A stretch of 64,000 bases of DNA. It comes from a bacterium. Lineage in GTDB: Bacteria; Actinomycetota; Acidimicrobiia; Spongiisociales; ZC4RG35. Where the stretch lies: positions 1,408 to 65,407 of the forward strand of contig JAHEIN010000001.1 in assembly GCA_024639335.1 (NCBI GenBank), written 5' to 3'. A program made the translations under genes and the position numbers. Shown one piece after another: positions 29,259 through 38,812 of this stretch (its first letter is position 1; each line of letters opens with the position of its first letter). A model generated the notes under the pieces. That model made no database searches. It was not told where the DNA came from and saw only the letters and a list, made by a program, of their open reading frames with translations.

Positions 29259-29351
29259 CGTGCGTCCTCTCCCGAGCGGACTCTATTCCTCATCGGGGCG
29301 CCCGGAGCTCGAGACCCGCCATATGATCGGTTTCCCCGAACGGAGAACGAC

Positions 29352-30902
29352 TTGATCCACACCAGCACGCTCCCGACCGTCGAAATCCCGCCAACGGCCA
29401 TCACCCCCTACGTGCTGAGGATGGTGCCCGAGCTCGCCGACCATCCCGCAATGATCGATGGGCCGACAGGACGCACCTACACCTATTGCCAGCTCGCCGA
29501 TGGCACAGCACGCGTGGCAGGTGGGCTCGCCTCTCGTGGCTTCGGACGGGGATCGACGTTGGGCGTGATGCTGCCGAACCTCCCCGAGTACTTCCTCGCC
29601 TTCCACGGTGCTGCGATGGCGGGTGGAACGGTGACCACGATCAACCCCACCTACGGACCCTCGGAGGTCCACCATCAGCTCGTCGACTCCGGAGCCGGCT
29701 CACTGATCACAATCCCGATGTTCGTCGAAACCGCGAAGGAAGCCGCCGAGGGCACCGGCGTCGAGACGATCTGGGTCGTCGGCGACGCACCGGATGGGAC
29801 ACTTCCATTCGCCGACCTCATGGGCGCCGAGCCACTTCGCGAACAGGCCGAGGTCGATGTGCACGGAGACGTGATGGTGCTGCCCTACTCGTCCGGGACC
29901 ACGGGCCTGCCGAAGGGAGTCATGCTGACTCACTTCAACCTGGTCGCCAACATCGCCCAGACCGAGCCGGTGCTCGAGGTCAAGGCCGGGGAAGAGCGCG
30001 TGATCGCCGTGCTGCCGTTTTTCCACATCTACGGGATGCAGGTGTTGATGAACGCCGTCATCACCCGTGGCGGGACGGTGGTCACGATGCCGAGATTCGA
30101 CCTCGAGGGCTTTCTCGGCCTCGTGCAGGACCAGAAGATCACCATCGCCTACCTGGTCCCGCCGATCGTGCTGGCGTTGGCGAAGCATCCGCTGGTCGAC
30201 CAGTTCGACCTGTCGTCCCTCCGCCTCGTCTTCTCGGGTGCGGCGCCGCTCGGCGCGGAGGTGGCGCTGGAGGCAGCCGAACGCATCGGATGCGACGTGG
30301 TTCAGGGATACGGAATGACGGAACTGTCGCCCGTGACGCACGCGACCCCGATGGGTGAGTTCAAGCCGGGGTCGATCGGGCTCACCATCTCGAACACCGA
30401 GGTTCGGGTCGTCGATCCGGCCACCGGTGAGGACGTCGGTATCGCCGAAGATGGGGAACTGTGGATCCGGGGACCGCAAGTGATGAAGGGGTACCTCAAC
30501 AATCCCGGGGCCACCGCCGCCACGATCGATGAAGAGGGTTGGCTGCACACCGGCGACATAGGGCATTCCGACGGCGACGGACATTTCTACATCGTGGATC
30601 GGCTCAAGGAGCTGATCAAATACAAGGGCTTCCAGGTTCCGCCCGCGGAGCTGGAGGCGTTGCTGTTGACACACCCTGCGGTGGCGGACGCTGCAGTGAT
30701 CGGCGTGCCGGATGAGGAGGCCGGTGAGCTGCCGAAGGGCTTCGTGGTGCTGAAGCCCGGCGCCGACGCCACCGAGGACGACATCAAGTCGTTCGTGGCC
30801 GACTCCGTCGCCCGCTACAAGCAGCTTCGGATCGTCGAGTTCATCGACTCAGTCCCGAAGTCGGCGAGCGGCAAGATCCTGCGCCGAGAGCTTCGCAGCT
30901 GA
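29352..30902 (+). CDS. AMP-dependent synthetase/ligase (4-coumarate--CoA ligase-like acyl-CoA synthetase)
   Basis: ORF 28272..30902 trimmed. N-terminal IHTSTLPTVEIPP matches the 4CL N-terminus. AMP-binding motif LPYSSGTTGLPKGVMLTH. Motifs GYGMTE and GWLHTGDIG, and the C-terminal lysine region. The start is probably the TTG at 29352 (GGAGAA upstream); the first ATG is at 29421. Confidence 0.8.
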   Translation: MIHTSTLPTVEIPPTAITPYVLRMVPELADHPAMIDGPTGRTYTYCQLADGTARVAGGLASRGFGRGSTLGVMLPNLPEYFLAFHGAAMAGGTVTTINPTYGPSEVHHQLVDSGAGSLITIPMFVETAKEAAEGTGVETIWVVGDAPDGTLPFADLMGAEPLREQAEVDVHGDVMVLPYSSGTTGLPKGVMLTHFNLVANIAQTEPVLEVKAGEERVIAVLPFFHIYGMQVLMNAVITRGGTVVTMPRFDLEGFLGLVQDQKITIAYLVPPIVLALAKHPLVDQFDLSSLRLVFSGAAPLGAEVALEAAERIGCDVVQGYGMTELSPVTHATPMGEFKPGSIGLTISNTEVRVVDPATGEDVGIAEDGELWIRGPQVMKGYLNNPGATAATIDEEGWLHTGDIGHSDGDGHFYIVDRLKELIKYKGFQVPPAELEALLLTHPAVADAAVIGVPDEEAGELPKGFVVLKPGADATEDDIKSFVADSVARYKQLRIVEFIDSVPKSASGKILRRELRS

Positions 30903-30908
30903 CGGCGC

Positions 30909-31331
30909 TCAGCTCGTTTCGCCCGCGGACACACCGAGTTCGGACAGCAGGCCGCGCACTCGACGCTGGATCTCGTCGCGCACCGGCCTGACCTGCTCGA
31001 CCCCCTTGCCGGCCGGGTCCTCCAGCTCCCAGTCCAGGTAGCGCTTGCCTGGGTAGACCGGACAAGTGTCGCCGCAGCCCATGGTGATGACGACATCGGC
31101 GACCTCGAGATCGGCATCCGTCCAGCGGTGCGGCTGCTGTGCCGAGATGTCGATTCCGATCTCGGCCATGGCTGCCACGGCCGCCGGGTTCACCGACGCG
31201 GCAGGCTCGGAGCCTCCGGACAACACGGTCACCGAGTCACCTCCGAGCTCTCTGGCGAAACCCGCCGCCATCTGGGATCGACCTGCGTTGTGGACACACA
31301 AGAACAGGATCGATGAGCGTGTATCAGGCAT
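30909..31331 (-). CDS. arsC: Arsenate reductase, LMW-PTPase family (thioredoxin-coupled ArsC)
   Basis: Minus-strand translation from ATG 31331 gives MPDTRSSILFLCVHNAGRSQMA (CX5R P-loop) ... GCGDTCP. The ORF track labels this +, but the plus-strand frame does not encode this peptide. Confidence 0.8.
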   Translation of the reverse strand: MPDTRSSILFLCVHNAGRSQMAAGFARELGGDSVTVLSGGSEPAASVNPAAVAAMAEIGIDISAQQPHRWTDADLEVADVVITMGCGDTCPVYPGKRYLDWELEDPAGKGVEQVRPVRDEIQRRVRGLLSELGVSAGETS

Positions 31332-31995
31332 GGATGTTCTTCCTCTCGATGGTCAATACTCGTGCTGCACCGACGGCCAGCAGTGATCCGAGTAGTTGCG
31401 CAAACACGAACGCCGGGACCGCCGCCAGTTCGATCCCGGTGTAGCTGTCGGTGAATGCTCGGGCGATGGTCACGACTGGATTGGCGAAGCCGGTCGAAAC
31501 GGTAGCCACGATGATCGTCGTGACCCAGGCACCGACGGCAGCCGGGATCGCTGCCTCACGGCCGGTGTCGATCAGAACCAGGATCACGAGCACGAGGCCG
31601 AAGGTGGCGAACACCTCCCCGGCGAATCGGCCGACGCCACCTCGGTCGATCGACGACATGGACACGAGTTCCGAGGCATAGGTGAAATTGGCGAGCATCA
31701 ACCCGGCGAAACCTCCGGCAAGCTGTGCAATCACGATCTGCGCCGCCGCTCCGGCATCGAGCTGCCGCCGAAGCACGAGCGCAAGCGTGACCGCCGGGTT
31801 GAACTGCGCACCGCTGAACGGGATGAAGACCAGGATCGCCACAGTGAGGCCCGCGCCCACGATCACGGCGTGGATGAACAGTTGTGAGGCCGAATCCGCT
31901 CCCAGCTGCTGAACGGCCCAGCCGCTCCCGACGATCACCGCGAGGAGGAAGCCGGTGCCGAGCGCCTCGGACAGAAATGTGGACCGCGAAATCAC
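31324..31995 (-). CDS. MIP-family aquaglyceroporin (arsenite/glycerol channel)
   Basis: Two NPA motifs (FNPAVTL, NPVVTIA) and 6 TM helices. Start trimmed from 32142; I propose the GTG at 31995, but the exact start is uncertain. 8-nt overlap with arsC. Confidence 0.7.
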   Translation of the reverse strand: MISRSTFLSEALGTGFLLAVIVGSGWAVQQLGADSASQLFIHAVIVGAGLTVAILVFIPFSGAQFNPAVTLALVLRRQLDAGAAAQIVIAQLAGGFAGLMLANFTYASELVSMSSIDRGGVGRFAGEVFATFGLVLVILVLIDTGREAAIPAAVGAWVTTIIVATVSTGFANPVVTIARAFTDSYTGIELAAVPAFVFAQLLGSLLAVGAARVLTIERKNIHA

Positions 31996-32038
31996 GTCCA
32001 GATCGTACGGCAACTCGATGAACAGGAGGTAACCACGA

Positions 32039-32713
32039 TCAGCTGTCGGCGATGACTTCGACGAGGACCTGGGCCAGCGGCTTGCGGGTGATGTCGGGGA
32101 CCTCGCAGTCGTCGGCGGGGTAGCCGACCGGGACCAAGACAAAAGGCCGCTCGTTCTCAGGCCGTCCGAGCAGATCGCCGAGGAACCTCATCGGCGAAGG
32201 CGTGTGTGTGAGGCTCGCGAGACCCATGCGATGCAGGGCGGAGAGGAGCATGCCCGTGGCGATGCCGACGCTCTCCTTGACGTAGTAGTTGTGGATCCGC
32301 TCACCCTGGTCGGTGAGGCCGTAGCGTTGCTCGAAGACCACGACGATCCAGGGAACGGTTTCGAGGAATGGTTTGCGCCAATCCGTGCCCAATGGCGTGA
32401 GCGCGGCCTGCCACTCCTCGTTCATCCGACCACCGAGATAGTTCTCCTGCTCTTCGGCTTCTGCAGCCTCCCGTATCCGACGCTTCAGCACGGGGTCACC
32501 GACGAGCACGAACGTCCATGGCTGTCGGTGCGCCCCCGACGGAGCGGTGGATGCGGCCTCGACGGCCAGTTCGATCAGACGCCTCGGGACAGGGCGATCC
32601 GAGAAGTCCCGGACACTCCGTCGCGCTGCGTGTTCGGCGACGATTCTCTCCCCGGCTGCCTCGGGGTCTTCCACTTCGAGGGGCCGATACGCAACGGTGT
32701 CAGGATCGGACAT
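32039..32713 (-). CDS. Nitroreductase family protein
   Basis: Start trimmed to the ATG at 32713 (MSDPDTVAY). Conserved RRSVRDF FMN-binding N-terminal motif and nitroreductase fold length (~224 aa). Confidence 0.75.
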   Translation of the reverse strand: MSDPDTVAYRPLEVEDPEAAGERIVAEHAARRSVRDFSDRPVPRRLIELAVEAASTAPSGAHRQPWTFVLVGDPVLKRRIREAAEAEEQENYLGGRMNEEWQAALTPLGTDWRKPFLETVPWIVVVFEQRYGLTDQGERIHNYYVKESVGIATGMLLSALHRMGLASLTHTPSPMRFLGDLLGRPENERPFVLVPVGYPADDCEVPDITRKPLAQVLVEVIADS

Positions 32714-32724
32714 CTCGGTGGAAT

Positions 32725-33915
32725 CTACCGGTTCGTGGTGACGCCGACGATCGATCCGTCGTTGCTTCCGAGCACGACCATCGAGCCCGACACGGCAGGT
32801 GTAGACGCCATGTAGTTGCCCACCTCCCCTACCCCGACGCTCCATCGCTCTTCACCCGAGTCGGCCTCCAACGCGAAGAGTGTTCCGTTTTCGGCGGTGG
32901 CAAGCACGATCTCCCCGACCAGGACCGGGGATGAATAGGCGGCATCACCGAGGTCGGCGGACCAGAGGACGTCGCCCGTGTCGAGATCGAAGGCGACGAG
33001 CTCACCTGACCCCGTCGGAACGAAGCCGGCGCCGTCGCCGACAGCAACCGCCCCATAGATGGGCGACCCGATGTCCACCATCCATTCGATCTCACCCGTC
33101 ACCGACGCTGACGCGAGCATCCCGGCCGTCGACCCGACGAATACCGAACCGTCGGAGATGGCAGGCGTTGCCGCTACGCCCTCGGCGTATGTGGTCACGC
33201 CCTCGCCGGGGTCAGGAAATGGGATGGTTGCGACCGACATCGTCGTCCGGTCGACGAAGGCCAGCACGTTTGCGCGGGTCCCGATGACGATGACGCCGCC
33301 TGCCACCGCGGGCGAAGAATCTGCGCGCGCACCGAGCTCGACCGACTCGATCCGGACGCCCGAGTTCGGGTCCAGACCGACCAGTTCCTCTCCGACCGCC
33401 ACCCACAGTTCCCCGTCGAACAGAATCGGGCTCGACCGGGCGAAGCCGTCGAGATCTGTCTGCCACTCGACCGTTCCTGAGCCGGAATCGTGGCGACGCA
33501 CGACCCCGGCCGACGACACCGAGAAGATCGAATCGGACGACGCCACCACCGAGGCCTCGGCGTCACCGACCCGAGCGCGCCAGCGGACGGCACCGGTGGA
33601 GACCTCGAAGGCGACGAGATCACCGGATCCGTCCGGGACGAAGCCGGTATCGCCGACCAGCACCGGCGAGGCAATCACGGGATCTGTGCCATCGATGCGG
33701 TACGCCACCCCGGGAGCGTCACCGACGGCGCCCTGGGCGCGGCCGGTGCGGCCGGCATCGGATCGATAGGCTCCTGCCAACGACGTGTCGGCCTCTCGGA
33801 CCTCGAACGCGATCTCCTCGGGTGCGCACGCTGCAACGAGGACGCCCACCAACACGACGGCGATCGCCTGCGATGTCCGAGTGCTCACAGCACCCGGGAA
33901 AGCAGCGGCGTCCAT
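32725..33915 (-). CDS. PQQ-like beta-propeller repeat lipoprotein
   Basis: Start trimmed to the ATG at 33915 (MDAAAF...VAACAPE lipobox). Repeated motifs with the pattern G.V.A.D..TG...W. The upstream 159 aa of the ORF are Arg-rich and non-protein-like. Confidence 0.65.
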   Translation of the reverse strand: MDAAAFPGAVSTRTSQAIAVVLVGVLVAACAPEEIAFEVREADTSLAGAYRSDAGRTGRAQGAVGDAPGVAYRIDGTDPVIASPVLVGDTGFVPDGSGDLVAFEVSTGAVRWRARVGDAEASVVASSDSIFSVSSAGVVRRHDSGSGTVEWQTDLDGFARSSPILFDGELWVAVGEELVGLDPNSGVRIESVELGARADSSPAVAGGVIVIGTRANVLAFVDRTTMSVATIPFPDPGEGVTTYAEGVAATPAISDGSVFVGSTAGMLASASVTGEIEWMVDIGSPIYGAVAVGDGAGFVPTGSGELVAFDLDTGDVLWSADLGDAAYSSPVLVGEIVLATAENGTLFALEADSGEERWSVGVGEVGNYMASTPAVSGSMVVLGSNDGSIVGVTTNR

Positions 33916-35261
33916 ACTTCGGAATGGGTCGGGAACGGGGCTATCGCATGCCGAAGCTGCTCGATCGTCATCTGTCCGACGATTGCAACGGTGGCGGCGT
34001 GCACCATTTCGCCGGCCTCCGGCGAGACGAACGTCGCTCCGACGAGTCGCCTGCTCGAGGCGTCGAATACCAGCTTCGCCCAGCCGGGATGCTCGTGCCC
34101 GTGACTGTACGGGGCAGCGGTGTCCGCCAGGTCCCATTCGGAGGCCAGCACGTCGACACCTCGATCCCGGGCCTCGGCCTCGGTCAACCCGACGGCTGCG
34201 AGGTTGGGGACGGTGAACATCACTCTGGGGGTCGCGTCGGTGTCGCCACTCGCACCGCCGGACGCCGTGTCGCCCAGGAGATGCTCGGTGATGATCGCCC
34301 CGTGGTAGTTGGCGCCATGGGTGTACGGGGCCCGGCCATTCACGTCGCCGATCGCATAGAGCCAGCCCTGTGCACCTCTCACCCGGAGCCATTCGTCGGT
34401 TGCCAGCCGGCTCGGATCGATCCCGACGGAGTCCAGACCGATCGCAGACACCCTCGGGCGACGTCCGACTGCGACGAGGACGTGGTCTGCGGTCAGAGAC
34501 CCGCTGTGCTCGAGCGTGACTTCGACATGATCGTCGCCGTCCTCGAACCCTCGAGCGGACTCCGAGAATCTGAACTCGATGCCGAGGCGCTCGAGAGCCT
34601 GGCGGATCCGGTTGGATCCTTCCGGCTCTTCGGCCGGGACTGCTCGCTCGGCGAGGTCGATGACCGTCACCTGCGAGCCGAGGATCGCGAACGCCTGCGC
34701 CAGCTCACATCCGATCACGCCTGCTCCGATGGCGACGAGACGCTCGGGAACCGATTGAACCGTTGTCAGGTCTGCGGCCGGCCCAACACGTGGGCCGTCG
34801 ATCCCGGGGAGATCGGGCATCACTGGCTCTGCTCCGGTCGCGACGACCACCGCGAGCCGAGCCTCTACGGTCCGGCTCTCTTCGACCAACTCGACAGTCC
34901 TCTCACCGGTGATGCGGCCGTGAGATCGAGACAGCCGTACCCCCGCATCGGTGAGCGAAGCGACGTGCTCGGCGTCGGAACCTCCGGCCGTGACCCGATC
35001 TCGGAGCCTGAACACCTCGGCGGCATCGACATCAGGTGTGGAAACGCCCTGACTCTGGGCCGCCAGGTGCATCGCTTTGGCGGGAGTCAGGAGTGCCTTC
35101 GACGGAATGCATGCAGTGAATGGACACTCCCCTCCGACATCGCCGGGCTCGAGGATCAGCACCTCCATACCGGCTTCCGCCAGGCGGGGTGCCGAGGCCT
35201 CTGCGGCCGAGCCTCCCCCGACGAAGACGACATCGAACTCCGATGGGGTGGAATGGCTCAT
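33885..35261 (-). CDS. FAD-dependent pyridine nucleotide-disulfide oxidoreductase (dihydrolipoamide dehydrogenase/mycothione reductase-like)
   Basis: GGGSAAEASA FAD motif, redox-active CPFTACIPSKAL disulfide, second Rossmann GAGVIGCELA, and C-terminal dimerisation HPT motif. Confidence 0.85.
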   Translation of the reverse strand: MSHSTPSEFDVVFVGGGSAAEASAPRLAEAGMEVLILEPGDVGGECPFTACIPSKALLTPAKAMHLAAQSQGVSTPDVDAAEVFRLRDRVTAGGSDAEHVASLTDAGVRLSRSHGRITGERTVELVEESRTVEARLAVVVATGAEPVMPDLPGIDGPRVGPAADLTTVQSVPERLVAIGAGVIGCELAQAFAILGSQVTVIDLAERAVPAEEPEGSNRIRQALERLGIEFRFSESARGFEDGDDHVEVTLEHSGSLTADHVLVAVGRRPRVSAIGLDSVGIDPSRLATDEWLRVRGAQGWLYAIGDVNGRAPYTHGANYHGAIITEHLLGDTASGGASGDTDATPRVMFTVPNLAAVGLTEAEARDRGVDVLASEWDLADTAAPYSHGHEHPGWAKLVFDASSRRLVGATFVSPEAGEMVHAATVAIVGQMTIEQLRHAIAPFPTHSEVWTPLLSRVL

Positions 35262-35300
35262 GAGAGCGAACCTACCCGCTCGCCGGTGTATGAACCGACG

Positions 35301-37367
35301 TCACCCCACCCCGGCGGCCGATCGTGAGCCGATCGCCTCGGGCACCAGATGTCCTCGTCTGCCGGCCTTTCGCAGGGTCAGTACGAACGCGTTGGTGTCT
35401 TCCGTCCGCTTCAGCGCGAGTGAGCCATCCTGGAGTTCGGCCAGGACCCGGCTGATCGCCAGACCGAGACCAATTGAAGACGGCATCGTCTCGATTCCAT
35501 CCATCCGTTGATACGGCAGGAAGATCGAACGAGCCTTCTCCGGGGGGAGCTCCGGCCCGGAGTCGTGTACCTCGACGCGGACGTCGTCTTCGCTCTCCTT
35601 CACGATGACGAAGACCTCATCGCCTCCGTAGCGATATGCATTGGTGACGAGGTTGCGCAGGATCTGACGAACGCGTACCGGATCGGCAATGACATCGACC
35701 CGGGGAGCTTCACCATCGATCTTCGCGTGTGAGTGAGGGAGCGATCGGAGTGTCCGCTCGACCAGCCAGCCGATGTCAAATGGCTCGAAATTGATCGTGA
35801 CCTCACCGACGTCCGATCTCGACCACACCAGCAGATCCTCGATGATGTGACTCATCTCGATGGCGTGGTGCTCGATCAGTTCCCGGAACTCATCGAGTTC
35901 TGCCTCCGTGTAGAACGAGGACTCGTTGCGCATTTCGTGGCTGAAGCCGAGCACCGCAGTGAGCGGTGTCCGCAGCTCGTGAGAGATCGACGCGATGAAC
36001 CGGTTCTGTGATTCCAGAGTCGCTTCGACATGCTGACGTGCGACGGTCAACTCCGTGACGTCCTGCAATGCGACGTAAACGTTGGAATAGTCCGGCTGAC
36101 CAATCGTGCCGGCTGCATGCCACCTCACGACGAGCTCGATCGGCTGCCCGTCGATGTCGATGTCAGAAGCGGTGTGCTCGGCGACCAGATCGCCATCGGA
36201 AACAGCCATGACGCCGGCGAGCAGCGACTCGATCGACCGGTCGTTCAGGCGGTCCGCGAGCTTCCGTGATTCGTCGCCCAGCCCGAGCCTTCGAGCCAGC
36301 TGCTGCGCGGCGGGATTCGTGTCGGTGATGGTCACCTCCGAGAGGATGGACGCCAGCTCGTGAGGATTGGCGAGCAGGTGTTCACGAACGTCGTGGACGC
36401 CCTGCGCCCTGAGTTCGGCGATTCGCGCCTCGACCCCAGAGTGATCCTCGCGATGAATGGGCACCGGCGTCGCGTCGAAGAGGGCGCGATGGCTGCGTTC
36501 CACCGAGGTGAGCTCATCTACGACACGGAGCCGCTCCGCCTGGAGCTCGTCAGGCCGAATCAACAGCCCGCGTACGTACAGGCCCCCCAGAACGGCGAGT
36601 CCAATCCCGAGCACCCAGATCAGCGTCGAGAGCTCCGAGGACCTGGGCCAACCGGCAATGGGGGCTACCGCGACGGTCCACGGAAGCGGCAGTCGATCTG
36701 CGCCGACGGAGCGAAGCACCGGCTCCTCCAGCGGTCGCTCTCCGATGATGAGCGATCGATCGTGGTCTCGCACGATGACGTCGAACCCGCTGGAGGATTC
36801 GGCGATCGTGCTGCTCTCGATCAGTTGATCCCAATCGACGATGACAGCCGCGAAGCCCCACGGTGCACCGGTGTCGTCGAAGATGGGGCGTCTGATCGCC
36901 AGCCCTCGACCGCCTTGCACGAGTTGGAACGGGCCTTCCAGGGTCGTCTCGCCCGTATCGAACGATCGTTCAAGGAGCCTCCTGCGAGTGTCATCGGCGA
37001 AGAGTTCGAGGCCAATCGCGGCCTCGTTGCCACTGATCGGGTAGACGACCTCGATCCGACTGGCAACGACGATCTGAACCGACTTGACAGCCACGGTCGA
37101 CTCGACCAACGATTCGGCGTACGAGTCGAACCTCGTCTCGATCGAGGCCCAATCCCGGCCGTGCGAGGCGATGAATGCCGTGAGGCCGTCGGCGGCCGAG
37201 ACGTACAGCAACAGTGTCTGTTCCAGCTCTCGAGCCTCGGACTCGGCGACCTGTGTTGCCTCCGACTCGATCGAGAGACGCGCGGACGTCGTCGCCAACT
37301 GGTCAACCAGCGTCGCAGCGGCCAGCAGGCCCACGGCAACCAGCAGCGGGATCAATGCGCGTCTCAC
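35301..37367 (-). CDS. Orphan sensor histidine kinase with extracytoplasmic sensor domain and PAS-like domain
   Basis: ORF 35301..38297 trimmed to the GTG at 37367 (VRRALIPLLVAVGLLAAATL; GAGGAA upstream). Second TM, PAS-like region, H-box SISHELRTPLTAV, HATPase N/G boxes. No adjacent response regulator. Confidence 0.7.
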   Translation of the reverse strand: MRRALIPLLVAVGLLAAATLVDQLATTSARLSIESEATQVAESEARELEQTLLLYVSAADGLTAFIASHGRDWASIETRFDSYAESLVESTVAVKSVQIVVASRIEVVYPISGNEAAIGLELFADDTRRRLLERSFDTGETTLEGPFQLVQGGRGLAIRRPIFDDTGAPWGFAAVIVDWDQLIESSTIAESSSGFDVIVRDHDRSLIIGERPLEEPVLRSVGADRLPLPWTVAVAPIAGWPRSSELSTLIWVLGIGLAVLGGLYVRGLLIRPDELQAERLRVVDELTSVERSHRALFDATPVPIHREDHSGVEARIAELRAQGVHDVREHLLANPHELASILSEVTITDTNPAAQQLARRLGLGDESRKLADRLNDRSIESLLAGVMAVSDGDLVAEHTASDIDIDGQPIELVVRWHAAGTIGQPDYSNVYVALQDVTELTVARQHVEATLESQNRFIASISHELRTPLTAVLGFSHEMRNESSFYTEAELDEFRELIEHHAIEMSHIIEDLLVWSRSDVGEVTINFEPFDIGWLVERTLRSLPHSHAKIDGEAPRVDVIADPVRVRQILRNLVTNAYRYGGDEVFVIVKESEDDVRVEVHDSGPELPPEKARSIFLPYQRMDGIETMPSSIGLGLAISRVLAELQDGSLALKRTEDTNAFVLTLRKAGRRGHLVPEAIGSRSAAGVG

Positions 37368-37472
37368 GGTCGGTGATTCCTCATCCGACCCAACCTGTCG
37401 GCACGGGCGTGGTGCAACTAAGCGGCTCGACGACGCAGCTTCGGGAACGCTCGAGCTGTCTAGGGTTCGGTC

Positions 37473-38681
37473 ATGGCTCGAAACGCTTACATCACCTCCT
37501 ACGTCCGAACTCCGATCGGTCGCTACGGGGGCAGTCTGGCACCGGTGCGCACCGACGATCTGGCCGCAATCCCGATCCGGACGCTGATCGGACGCCATCC
37601 CGACCTGGACCCTGCATCGATCGACGACGTCATTCTCGGTGCGACGAATCAGGCGGGAGAGGACAACCGCAACGTCGCCCGGATGGCATCGTTGCTGGCG
37701 GGGCTGCCGGACACCGTGCCCGGAACCACCGTCAACCGGCTCTGTGGCTCGGGGATGCAAGCGGTGATCGACGCCGCCCGGGCGATCCGCAGCTCGGACG
37801 CCGACCTGGTCATCGCGGGTGGCGTCGAATCGATGTCCCGGGCCCCGTTCGTGGTGCCGAAGGCCGACCGCGCGTTCCCTACTCAGTCGGACATCGTGAG
37901 CACGACCCTCGGGTGGCGGCTGGTGAACCCCCGGTTGAAAGAACTGGGGCACACCGAGTCGCTCGGCATGACCGCCGAGAACGTCGCTGCCGAGTACGAC
38001 GTCAGCCGAGAGGATCAGGATCTCTTCGCATTGTCGAGTCAGGAGAAGGCGGCGAAGGCGATGACAGACGGCCGACTCACAGATGAGATCGCCACGGTGT
38101 CCGTGCCTCGGAGGAAGGGACCGCCAGTCGACGTCTCCAAGGACGAGCATCCGCGCGCGGACTCGAGTATCGAGGCCCTCACCCGGCTGAGGCCGGCCTT
38201 CGCCGACGGCGGGACGGTCACCGCCGGCAACGCCTCCGGCATCAACGACGGCGCCGCAGCCCTGCTGATCGCCTCCGACGCAGCAATCGAGGAGCACGGT
38301 CTGAAGCCCATCGCCCGCATCGTGAGCTCAGCGGTGGCGGGTGTGGCTCCCCGCATCATGGGTGTCGGCCCGATCCCGGCGGTCCAGAAGCTGGAGTCGC
38401 GGACCGGCGTGGCGATCGGTGCTGTCGATGTCGTGGAGTTGAACGAAGCCTTCGCCTCCCAGGCACTGGCCTGTCTGCGGGCCTTCGGGCTCACCGACGA
38501 CGCCGAGCATGTCAACCCGAACGGGGGCGCAATCGCACTTGGTCACCCGACCGGGATGAGCGGAGCCCGGATCACCGGAACGGCGGCTCTCGAGATGGCT
38601 CGCCGCAACGGTTCCAACGCCATCGCCACGATGTGCATCGGCGTCGGCCAGGGCATCGCCGTCCTGCTCGAACAGCCGTAG
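37473..38681 (+). CDS. Acetyl-CoA C-acyltransferase (thiolase II)
   Basis: N-terminal YVRTPIGRYGG, active-site Cys context NRLCGSGMQAV, C-terminal GHPTGMSGARI and CIGVGQG. Confidence 0.9.
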   Translation: MARNAYITSYVRTPIGRYGGSLAPVRTDDLAAIPIRTLIGRHPDLDPASIDDVILGATNQAGEDNRNVARMASLLAGLPDTVPGTTVNRLCGSGMQAVIDAARAIRSSDADLVIAGGVESMSRAPFVVPKADRAFPTQSDIVSTTLGWRLVNPRLKELGHTESLGMTAENVAAEYDVSREDQDLFALSSQEKAAKAMTDGRLTDEIATVSVPRRKGPPVDVSKDEHPRADSSIEALTRLRPAFADGGTVTAGNASGINDGAAALLIASDAAIEEHGLKPIARIVSSAVAGVAPRIMGVGPIPAVQKLESRTGVAIGAVDVVELNEAFASQALACLRAFGLTDDAEHVNPNGGAIALGHPTGMSGARITGTAALEMARRNGSNAIATMCIGVGQGIAVLLEQP

Positions 38682-38764
38682 CGCCCAGTTCCACGTCTCT
38701 CGTCAGGGCATCGGTGAAGCCGCTTCGATATCGGTGACGTGGCGGTCCTCGAGGCACCCACCAG

Positions 38765-38805
38765 CAGGCGGTTGCCGAACGGTTCGACGGTTCAGCAACC
38801 GCCTG
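38765..38805. terminator. Candidate bidirectional hairpin between convergent thiolase and DUF1059 genes
   Basis: Perfect 11-bp inverted repeat CAGGCGGTTGC...GCAACCGCCTG with a 19-nt loop, followed by GGTTTTC. Confidence 0.3.
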
Positions 38806-38812
38806 ACGGTTT

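Noticed and set aside
28272-29351. 360-codon N-terminal extension of the CoA-ligase ORF
   Set aside because: It is entirely antisense to the LLM F420 oxidoreductase gene. Its composition is Arg/Gly/Asp-rich, and the ligase N-terminal consensus begins near 29352.
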